This document shows positions 56,360-64,000 of a stretch of DNA of 64,000 nt, piece after piece (within the stretch, counting starts at the first letter, position 1; every line of letters starts with the position of its first letter). The notes under the pieces are model-generated. The model was not told the origin of the DNA, searched no databases, and saw only the letters and a program-made list of their open reading frames with translations. This DNA comes from an uncultured delta proteobacterium. GTDB taxonomy: Bacteria; Desulfobacterota; Desulfomonilia; Desulfomonilales; Desulfomonilaceae. The DNA is taken from positions 401,393-465,392 of the forward strand of contig CAWBKB010000006.1 in the NCBI GenBank assembly GCA_963789265.1. Reading direction: 5' to 3'. Position numbers and translations under genes: made by a program.

Positions 56360-56674
56360 ATGAAAGACGGCAACAGTGTTTTCTATAGCCTGATCCCTTT
56401 GATACTCATTATACTATTTTCTTGGCTCTTCGGTGCGCTTGGCTCCAAGCTTAAGAAGCCGCCGGAAGAGGGAGGCATTGCCTCGAAACGAGAATCTGAG
56501 GATCAACCTATGGACATATTTGGAGAAATGATCCAACAAGTCAGCCAAAGATACGCCGGGGGCAACGAAAGCCAAGCGCCGCCCTCTGGAGCCCCTACAA
56601 TAAAGATTCGAAAGGACCTAACTGGGCCGACAGTTACGCCTAAACCAATCACACCCAAATGGTGGGGCGCATGA
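56360..56674 (+). CDS. hypothetical protein with an N-terminal TM segment
   Basis: GGAGG RBS; its stop overlaps the next start (ATGA). Confidence 0.65.
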   Translation: MKDGNSVFYSLIPLILIILFSWLFGALGSKLKKPPEEGGIASKRESEDQPMDIFGEMIQQVSQRYAGGNESQAPPSGAPTIKIRKDLTGPTVTPKPITPKWWGA

Positions 56675-57211
56675 TTCAAGCACTGTCTGGGCACGAGAGC
56701 AACCGGGGCACTGCCCGGACCGGGAGTCTGGTCCCTCTGATATTGGCCGTTTGTTTCATTCTCTTGGGCGCACAAATCTCCTCGGCGAAACAAGCCCGGG
56801 GCAAAGATGTAGCCGGCAAGAAGCATGGAGGAGAACTCTCGTGGGAAATGCCGGGCAGGGTGTCAATCTACGACTTGCAACTCGGTCCGGCGGCCCTAAA
56901 AGATAACCACTGGCAATTTACGGGAAACAATCGCACGCTGAATGCCGGCCTTTATGGGGAGCGTCTTACCTTGATGGTCCGATTCTCCTACAGTGGATCC
57001 GGATCAGAGGTACCTCTGAAATTCGTCATAAGGCTACCCGGGGCCAGACCGTACGAGGAAACCGTACATCTGACCAGTAATATGGGTACTTACAATTATC
57101 ATTTCACTATTCACCGGCCCGAAGATTTCGTCGGGAGCGGTTCGGTCTATCTTTATTACGGCTTTAGTATGGTAGACGTTCTCCGATTTCACCATCGTCC
57201 CCGGCACCTGA
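56671..57211 (+). CDS. exported hypothetical protein, probable +1 frameshift at about 57184
   Basis: Signal-like segment; removing one C gives the terminus DVLDFTIVPGT*. Confidence 0.55.
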
Positions 57212-57307
57212 GTCCTGGAATTTTCCCCACGGAACTGCTCCAGGGGTCTGTCCTAGTATTGACTCTGAAGACTTGAGGGACTAAGGGTGTGAAAAGAGGG
57301 ATAAACC

Positions 57308-57538
57308 ATGGTTCATACGTCAACGACGCGAGAAGAGATCCAACGGCAAATTGACAGCCTTCCGGACGAAAAACTCTCCGCTGTGAAGGATATTCTAGAG
57401 CTTATAGGCGGTGATCTCCTAACATCCGGCAGTCTGGAGGTTTGGGAGTGCGCACTTATGTCAAGCTCGGCTCTCGGCAAGAAACTTAACACTCCTGAGG
57501 AGGACGATGCGTGGAGGGATTTCAACGAGGGGATGTAG
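57308..57538 (+). CDS. antitoxin (DUF2281-like)
   Basis: IDSLPDEKL...LMSSSAL...TPEEDDAW; overlaps a MazF-type toxin. Confidence 0.72.
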   Translation: MVHTSTTREEIQRQIDSLPDEKLSAVKDILELIGGDLLTSGSLEVWECALMSSSALGKKLNTPEEDDAWRDFNEGM

Positions 57539-57852
57539 TTTTTGCCCGGTTCATCTTCACAGATGTGAGTCAAACCAAGAATCGCCCAGCCGTGGTCATC
57601 GCTGCTTTGCCCGAAGATGACTTCATCCATTGTCCCATTACGAGCCGGGGTCGTCAGAACGATCCCTTTCAAATAGAGCTAAAGCGAGATGAAATTTTGG
57701 GTAAGCATCTTCCCCGCGATAGTTTCATCAGACCTAATCTCTTGATGACGGTGCATCGAAGCCTAATCCTCTGGAAACAAGGGGCCTTGCCTCCAGAAAA
57801 GCTCAAACTTGTCTCAGAAGTGATAGTGCGAATCATAACGGATTCCAAGTAG
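57511..57852 (+). CDS. PemK/MazF family toxin
   Basis: Motifs RGDVV..F.FTD...KNRPAVVI, CPITS and SFIRP. Confidence 0.85.
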   Translation: MEGFQRGDVVFARFIFTDVSQTKNRPAVVIAALPEDDFIHCPITSRGRQNDPFQIELKRDEILGKHLPRDSFIRPNLLMTVHRSLILWKQGALPPEKLKLVSEVIVRIITDSK

Positions 57853-57865
57853 CGATCGCACCGTC

Positions 57866-58636
57866 ATGCCGGAAAAACCCACAAAAAAGCGGCTGGACAT
57901 ACTGATGGTCGAGAAAGGTCTTGCTCCATCCCGCGAGCAGGCCAGAAGTCTCATCATGGCAGGCCGAGTCTTGGTTGAAGGCATTGGCGTCGAAAAGCCG
58001 GGCAAAGAAGTCTCTGCCGCAGCAGAAATCTTGGTAAAGGAATACATGCCCTACGTAAGTCGGGGCGGACTCAAACTGGAAGCCGCTCTCGACGGGTTCC
58101 AAGTAGATCCTGAAGCGCTTAGCCTTCTGGATGCGGGAGCCTCGACAGGGGGTTTTACGCACTGTTTGCTCAAACGGGGCGCCGGACGGGTAATCGCTAT
58201 AGATGTGGGTTACGGTCAATTTGACTGGCAACTGCGAAACAACCCTCGTGTCACCTTGATTGAACGCACCAATATCAGGTTCCTGGACCCCAACTCTCTC
58301 CCATATCCTGTGGATGCGGCCGTGGCGGATCTCTCGTTTATTTCGCTGACGCTGGTCCTCCCCAAGTTTGCCGAGATCCTCCCCCTGGACGGATGGCTGA
58401 TTCCGCTGGTTAAGCCTCAATTTGAGGTAGGACGGGCTGACGTGGGGAAGGGTGGGGTGGTTCGAGACGAGGAAAAAATCAAGGATGCTGTAGAGAAAGT
58501 GAAAAGATACGCTGAACGATGCGCATTCGAGGTATTGGGAGAACTGGAGAGCCCGTTGAGGGGACCAAAGGGAAACAGGGAGTTTTTCTTGCATCTCAAG
58601 AAAACCGACCGGCTTAAAGAGCAATGTCGATCATGA
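57866..58636 (+). CDS. tlyA: TlyA family rRNA 2'-O-methyltransferase
   Basis: Motifs YVSRGGLKL, DAGASTGGFT, DLSFISL, LVKPQFE and GNREF. Confidence 0.95.
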   Translation: MPEKPTKKRLDILMVEKGLAPSREQARSLIMAGRVLVEGIGVEKPGKEVSAAAEILVKEYMPYVSRGGLKLEAALDGFQVDPEALSLLDAGASTGGFTHCLLKRGAGRVIAIDVGYGQFDWQLRNNPRVTLIERTNIRFLDPNSLPYPVDAAVADLSFISLTLVLPKFAEILPLDGWLIPLVKPQFEVGRADVGKGGVVRDEEKIKDAVEKVKRYAERCAFEVLGELESPLRGPKGNREFFLHLKKTDRLKEQCRS

Positions 58637-58747
58637 GTCAATCTCTGTTCGGACTGTGAATTGAAAATGTGGAGCCCATCAGCTAAAATCCACTTTTCTT
58701 GATGCTTCAAGAGCTGGTCGGCAGACACATAAGGGAAGGTGAAACGG

Positions 58748-59992
58748 ATGTCATTTCCGGATGTTGAAGTCCAGATGAGCAAGATTCTGAGGGGCGTGGA
58801 AGAAATCATCCATGAGGAAGAGATGCGAGAGCGCATCAAACGAAGCCTGAAAAGCGGGAAACCGCTTCGTGTAAAACTGGGGGTCGATCCTACCGCCGCA
58901 GATATACACCTGGGTCACATGGTAACCATACGCAAATTGAAACACTTCCAGGAGTTGGGGCACACTGCCATCTTTCTTGTGGGCGATTTCACGGCTCGTA
59001 TCGGCGACCCCACCGAGCGCAGCGAATCCAGAGTTAGACTAACCAAGGAGCAAGTCTGGGACCACGCCAAGACCTTCAAACAACAGGTCTTTAAGATCCT
59101 TGATGAACAAAAGACAGAGCTTCGCAGCAACGGCGAATGGTTTGACGCCATGTCGTTCGCAGACTGTCTTGATCTGGCATACCGATCCACTGTAGCACGC
59201 ATGTTGGAACGAAATGACTTCGAGAAGCGCTACCGTGAAGGGAATCCCATCAGCATCACGGAGTTCCTCTACCCTCTTATGCAAGGATACGACTCGGTTG
59301 CATTGCGATGCGACGTCGAGGTGGGAGGGACGGACCAGAAGTTCAACCTCCTAGCCGGAAGAGATATGCAGATTCAGCACGGCCAACCTCCGCAAATCGT
59401 TATGATGACGCCGCTGATCGAAGGATTGGACGGCTCCAAAAAAATGAGCAAAACAGAACGCAATTACATCGCGGTAGATGACTCGCCCGAAGACATGTTC
59501 GGGAAAACAATGTCCATTCAGGACCACCTTGTCGTCAAGTACTTTACGCTCCTGACCGATGTGGATCAGGCCGAAGTGAAGCGCTACGACCAGGCACTTG
59601 AGGAAGTCGAGACACATCAGGACCTTTGCGATCCGTTTCATCCCATGCAAATAAAGAAGGCCTTGGCCGGGGCTATAGTCACCGAGTACCATGATGCCGC
59701 AGCCGCGGCCAAAGCTCGGGAACACTTTGAAAAAGTGGTGCAACGGAAGGAGACCCCTGACGAAATTCCACTCAGGCCCTTCAAGGAACAAACTATCGCG
59801 GCATACGAACTCGTAGTCAATTTGATGTCGGTTTCAGGTTCTGAAGCCCGGAGATTGGTCAGGCAGGGCGCCGTCAAGATCGACGGAATCAAGATTTCCG
59901 ATCTCGCTCAGCAAATCGCACTCGGGCCTGGTGAGCAACTGGTACAAGTTGGCAAGCGCAATTTCTACAGGGTTAAGTGGGAGGATGAATAA
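58748..59992 (+). CDS. tyrS: tyrosine--tRNA ligase
   Basis: GVDPTAADIHLGH, YPLMQGYDS, GGTDQKFN, KMSK and an S4 domain. Confidence 0.97.
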   Translation: MSFPDVEVQMSKILRGVEEIIHEEEMRERIKRSLKSGKPLRVKLGVDPTAADIHLGHMVTIRKLKHFQELGHTAIFLVGDFTARIGDPTERSESRVRLTKEQVWDHAKTFKQQVFKILDEQKTELRSNGEWFDAMSFADCLDLAYRSTVARMLERNDFEKRYREGNPISITEFLYPLMQGYDSVALRCDVEVGGTDQKFNLLAGRDMQIQHGQPPQIVMMTPLIEGLDGSKKMSKTERNYIAVDDSPEDMFGKTMSIQDHLVVKYFTLLTDVDQAEVKRYDQALEEVETHQDLCDPFHPMQIKKALAGAIVTEYHDAAAAAKAREHFEKVVQRKETPDEIPLRPFKEQTIAAYELVVNLMSVSGSEARRLVRQGAVKIDGIKISDLAQQIALGPGEQLVQVGKRNFYRVKWEDE

Positions 59993-60163
59993 TACCAGTG
60001 CGCCGGCAAACAAGTAACAATCTTATACAAGACATGGTAGGACAGTTCCGCCCAGGAGGGATTGTCTGTCGTCATGCCCGCGTACGCTAATGTAGGGGCG
60101 AACGGCATTCGCCTTGGGCGGTCCCGCGCCCCGCGAATTCGCGTTAAGTTAAGCAGCAATTTC

Positions 60164-60260
60164 GTAGGATGTGCTGAGCGAAGCGCATCGATTGTGTTAG
60201 ACGAAGCGCTGACGCGGCCGATGCGCTTTCCCTGCCTTGGCAGGGTTCAGCACATTCTAC
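60164..60260. repeat. GTAG-type REP doublet (REPIN)
   Basis: gtaggatgtgctga...agcgcatcg / cgatgcgct...tcagcacattctac. Confidence 0.78.
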
Positions 60261-60280
60261 ATGCTGAACAGCAGTTTTTA

Positions 60281-60430
60281 TAGCCGTTGCCAAAAGTAAT
60301 GACCTGTTCACCACCCGTCACCCCGGCGAAGGCCGGGGTCCAGAACATATTGAAAAGACTGGATTCCGGCCTCCGCCGGAATGACGGTGTCAGGCTACCT
60401 CTAATCGGACAAAACTTTTGGCAATGGGTA
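60281..60430 (+). mobile_element. MITE family B (TA-flanked), copy 2
   Basis: TAGCCGTTGCCAAAAG...CTTTTGGCAATGGGTA with TA on both sides. Confidence 0.82.
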
Positions 60431-60844
60431 TATTACGCATCGCGCTTATCTTAACGCAAATGCGCGGAACGCGGGGCAGGCAGTCCCGCGCGGAACGCGG
60501 GAATCTGCCTGAATCAGTGGCCTTATTCCACTTTAACAGTGAGGCATGGCTAGTGAACGGGAAAGGTGGAGTTCAGAAGCGGGTCGAACAAAAAAACGAA
60601 GCCGGTACTTGACAAATTGAAAAAAAAGAATGACAAATCTTCCGGCTGGACGGTCAAAAAGATTGCTCGATGTAACATGAATCGACCGGCTTAAACACCG
60701 TGTGACGTGGGAGAACCCATGACCGCGGCCGAGACTTGGGCTTCGAAATTAGAAGGCCGCTTTCGATCGGACGGAGAGATCTAACAAGCCTGATCGTCTT
60801 CGTGAAGATCTTTTTTCTGAGGGACAATTTGGAGAGGGGTTGCA

Positions 60845-61312
60845 GTGGCTGAAAAGGATCGGAAGAGCAGGAAGAGCAAGAGTTTAAGGGTGGTAACTGA
60901 TTCGAGCGTGCCGTGGTGGCCGGATCCGAAGGACATAGACGGCTGGCTCGATCCTGACTCACCGTCGGAGTTGGAGTCTGAAGAGGCGTTCTTTGAGCCG
61001 AGCATTGCCGCGCGTTCGCTGGAAGCGGGGGTTCCGGGTATCGGTGAACGTCTTGAACGGATCAAGGAAAGCCACGCTCTTCTGAGGCAGTTTACATCCA
61101 AAGAATTAAAAACGCTCCTGAATCTCAAGAGAAACACTTCGCCCAAGGCATGGAGTTTGAGAGAAGACCTAGTCGTATTGACCCTTCCGGCCAGCAACCG
61201 TGAAATTGCGGATCTTTTGTCGGACAGGAACAAGGAGGCCGTGAAGAAGCGATTGCAGCTATTGCGGTCGAAGGGGCTTGTGAAGAGGCTGCCTGAACCT
61301 CAAATGCCCTGA
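60845..61312 (+). CDS. hypothetical protein with a C-terminal HTH-like segment
   Basis: SNREIADLLSDRNKEAVKKRLQLLRSKGLV; GAGG RBS. Confidence 0.65.
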   Translation: MAEKDRKSRKSKSLRVVTDSSVPWWPDPKDIDGWLDPDSPSELESEEAFFEPSIAARSLEAGVPGIGERLERIKESHALLRQFTSKELKTLLNLKRNTSPKAWSLREDLVVLTLPASNREIADLLSDRNKEAVKKRLQLLRSKGLVKRLPEPQMP

Positions 61313-61412
61313 TAATGATGTAGATCTTCCGGGTGCTTCAATAGGACATTCTCCGCCGTGATGCGAAAAAGTCATAGACATCTCACCGCTTCAGTAATAT
61401 TATCATAATGTT

Positions 61413-61488
61413 CGGACGTGGCTCAGCCTGGTAGAGCACTGCATTCGGGATGCAGGGGTCGCTGGTTCAAATCCAGTCGTCCCGACCA
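61413..61488 (+). tRNA. tRNA-Pro (CGG)
   Basis: D arm GCTCAGCCTGGTAGAGC, anticodon arm CTGCA-TTCGGGA-TGCAG, GGTTCAAATCC and a CCA end; the 5' acceptor strand appears one G short. Confidence 0.93.
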
Positions 61489-61866
61489 CTAGGATTTACA
61501 AAAGCATTGGTGCAAAAGAGCCTTTGTTTTTGTGACTCGTCATCATGCTCCTGTTCGAACCAGATTCCAACCGTAAATATCTGAGCGCCTTTCGAAAGGG
61601 CGATCCTCATCTGGCGCGTCCTAGTACAATGGAGACTGGGAAGCGTGGTAGCAATCGATCTGTCGCTCCAAATCAGCAGACCGGCAAGTGAGCTAAAGAA
61701 ATAGGCCTGACCCCGCACACTGTTCAAGTAGCGGGACCCGTTCTTAACCTAGTCTGAGTAAGAAAGGAGGAGGTTTAACGGCGTAGGCGTTTTCCTGTGA
61801 CAGATTCAGTGAGTCTGTATGGTCTGGAAACCTCGACGATTTGGAGAGTTAAAGGAGGCTAAGGAA

Positions 61867-63462
61867 ATGGTTACTGAATTGGAGAATAACCTGTTGCAAA
61901 GGGTGGCCTTAGGCGATGTTTTTCGACGTCAAGCACGCCATATACCTCACAGAGAAGCTATTGTGGAAAACAGAGGCGACAAACGTATAAGGCTCGATTA
62001 CAAAACCTTAAACGCGCAGCTTAACCGGTTTGCAGCAGCCTTGAGGAACCTGGGTCTGAAAAAAGGTGATAAAATAGCATCCATTGGGCCTAACTCTTGG
62101 GAAATTGTTGTCGCCTTTTACGGGTGTGCGAAAGCGGGCTTCATTGCGGTACCGTTAAACCCTCGTCTAGGTCCGGACGATGTAGCCTATATGCTCAATC
62201 ACTCGGAAGCGAAAGCAATAGTTGTCGATGATGCTCTTTGTTCGCTGATCGATAAAGTTAAAGATAAATGTGAAACGCTGAAGCATTTCATCTCGATCCC
62301 TGCGACAGGAACTAAAACCCCTCCATATTTTGTAGATTTTAACGAGTTTCTGGATGGTCAATCAGATTCAGAGATTACAGAGGTAATTTGGGAGCGCGAT
62401 CCGTTGGCAGTCTTGTACACAAGTGGCACTACTGCACGACCGAAGGGGATTGCGCTTTCCCATTTAAGCTTCTACATCATGTCATTGACCAACCTGATAG
62501 AATTGAAAATATTTCGCGAGCACAGCGGCGCAATAATTATGCCGATGTTTCATTGCGCACAGCAGACTCTTGCCACTAGTCTTTTTCATACAGGATCAAA
62601 GACCGTGATATTCCGCAGTTTTGACCCCAAGATTATGCTGGAGGCAATTCAGGCGGAGAAAATCGGATTTCTGTTTCTTCTTCCCATGATGTGGCGGGCA
62701 ATACTGGACCATCCCCGGCTTAAGGAATACGATGTTTCTAGTGTTAAAGGATGCCTCTACGCAATGACCCCCATGGACAACAGGACTCTTGGTCAATGCA
62801 TGGAAACTTTTGGGCCCAATTTCATGTTAGGAACGGGACAAACGGAATTTTTCCCATCTACGGAGAATTTTAAACCCGAATGGCAATTAAAGAAGATGGG
62901 CAACTACTGGGGAGAACCTGCCCTGACTGTAGAAACGGCAATAATGGATGAGGATGGTAACCTGGTCCCGCAGGGAGAGATAGGTGAAATTGTAAGGCGT
63001 GGTCCGGGGCATTTGATTGAATATCTGAAGGATCCAGAGGCAACGAATGAGATAAGAAAATTTGGCTGGGCTCATTCAGGAGATTTAGGCTATTTTGATG
63101 AAGATGGACTTCTTGCTTTTGTGGATAGAAAAAAAGATATGATTAAAACGGGCGGCGAAAATGTTCCTTCTATCAAGGTTGAGCAGGTAATTTTAGCCGA
63201 TCCGCGTGTTGCGGAAGTGGCAGTAGTGGGACTCTCGCATGAAATATGGATAGAGGCGGTAACCGCTTTCGTGGTGCCAAAAGAGAACATTGCGCTCTCG
63301 GAAGAGGATGTTATTTCTCTGTGTAAGAGAGATCTTGGGGGGTTTGAGGTCCCTAAAAAAGTCCTCATCGTGGAGCAATTACCAAAGACATCTACAGGTA
63401 AGCTTCAGAAAAATGTCGTAAAACAGCAATACCGAAACTTGTACCAGACTGTTGCACAATAG
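61867..63462 (+). CDS. long-chain fatty acid--CoA ligase / AMP-binding protein
   Basis: Motifs YTSGTTARPKG, GQTE, HSGDLG, DRKKDMIKTGGENV and PKTSTGK. Confidence 0.92.
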   Translation: MVTELENNLLQRVALGDVFRRQARHIPHREAIVENRGDKRIRLDYKTLNAQLNRFAAALRNLGLKKGDKIASIGPNSWEIVVAFYGCAKAGFIAVPLNPRLGPDDVAYMLNHSEAKAIVVDDALCSLIDKVKDKCETLKHFISIPATGTKTPPYFVDFNEFLDGQSDSEITEVIWERDPLAVLYTSGTTARPKGIALSHLSFYIMSLTNLIELKIFREHSGAIIMPMFHCAQQTLATSLFHTGSKTVIFRSFDPKIMLEAIQAEKIGFLFLLPMMWRAILDHPRLKEYDVSSVKGCLYAMTPMDNRTLGQCMETFGPNFMLGTGQTEFFPSTENFKPEWQLKKMGNYWGEPALTVETAIMDEDGNLVPQGEIGEIVRRGPGHLIEYLKDPEATNEIRKFGWAHSGDLGYFDEDGLLAFVDRKKDMIKTGGENVPSIKVEQVILADPRVAEVAVVGLSHEIWIEAVTAFVVPKENIALSEEDVISLCKRDLGGFEVPKKVLIVEQLPKTSTGKLQKNVVKQQYRNLYQTVAQ

Positions 63463-63491
63463 AATGAACAAGAGACTGACGAAGTCCGGAA

Positions 63492-63860
63492 GGGGTCCAC
63501 TCTTAACTCCTGTTGAACGAGTTGCGCGACGCGGCCGGACTCAGAAATGAGCCAAGAGTAGATCTGCCCCAATTTCTGCAATCTGCCGTATGCTCCAGCT
63601 ATGGCATGGATCGCCATGAGCTTCTGTCGAGCAGACGAGGAATGAGCAATGATGCGAGAAACGTTGCCATCTATCTTGCCATACGGCTATCCGGTCAGAC
63701 TCTGGCAGCGATAGGAGATGCCTTCGGGCTTGTGCATTACAGCAGTGTGAGCAGCGTGGTCTCTCGCATGAAGCAAAGGATCGTCACCGACAGGAGGTTA
63801 AGGAATAAAGTGGAAGCAATCGAGCGAATCCTCAAATGAGTCAAGCGGAGACTTGACCCC
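63492..63860 (+). mobile_element. internally deleted Y1 (RAYT-like) transposase element retaining a DnaA-C-like HTH tail
   Basis: ORF remnant ARNVAIYL...TLAAIGDAFGLVHYSSVSSVV; bounded by GGGGTCCACTCTTAACTC and GAGTCAAGCGGAGACTTGACCCC. Confidence 0.65.
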
Positions 63861-63980
63861 TCTCACCCTCTCACGATGAGCAAGACCATTCGGAAGGCGA
63901 GAAACGCGGTCAGCGATGATTCTCTGGAGCTGGTTTGTTGGACGGGGCTTCGCGTGATATATTATTTGCGAGGTAGCAAC

Positions 63981-64000
63981 ATGAAACTGAAAGTCATTAT
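63981..64000 (+). CDS. start of a gene, possibly HicB-like (MKLKVI...)
   Basis: GAGG RBS and ATG; only six full codons are visible. Confidence 0.3.

Overview
A 64-kb chromosomal window from an anaerobic deltaproteobacterium (Desulfomonile-like, inferred from gene style). It holds: a thiolase/DUF35-glcD-glcF-lactate permease run; greA; mntH; uppP; a complete Mo-nitrogenase cluster (nifH-I1-I2-D-K-fdx-E-N-B) with a convergent nifA-like activator and a decayed nifV remnant; a degenerate cyclase-ATPase-TPR gene; a PAS sigma54 activator; a metallopterin/cysteine-desulfurase fusion next to egtD (anaerobic ergothioneine synthesis, MES type); an intact IS110 element; TA modules; tlyA; tyrS; tRNA-Pro(CGG); and an acyl-CoA ligase. 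The strongest signal is the IS110. Its ends, circle-junction promoter and four bridge-RNA guide segments can be read directly, and they match both its own insertion site and a GTAG-type REP elsewhere in the window. The intergenic DNA is full of nested miniature elements: MITE shells with 4-bp or TA target duplications and interchangeable palindromic cargo, a roughly 17-bp hairpin found at about 10 sites, and Y1-transposase tails ending in a TGACCCC motif. Seven apparent +1 frameshifts in six genes look like sequencing or assembly indels rather than true pseudogenes.
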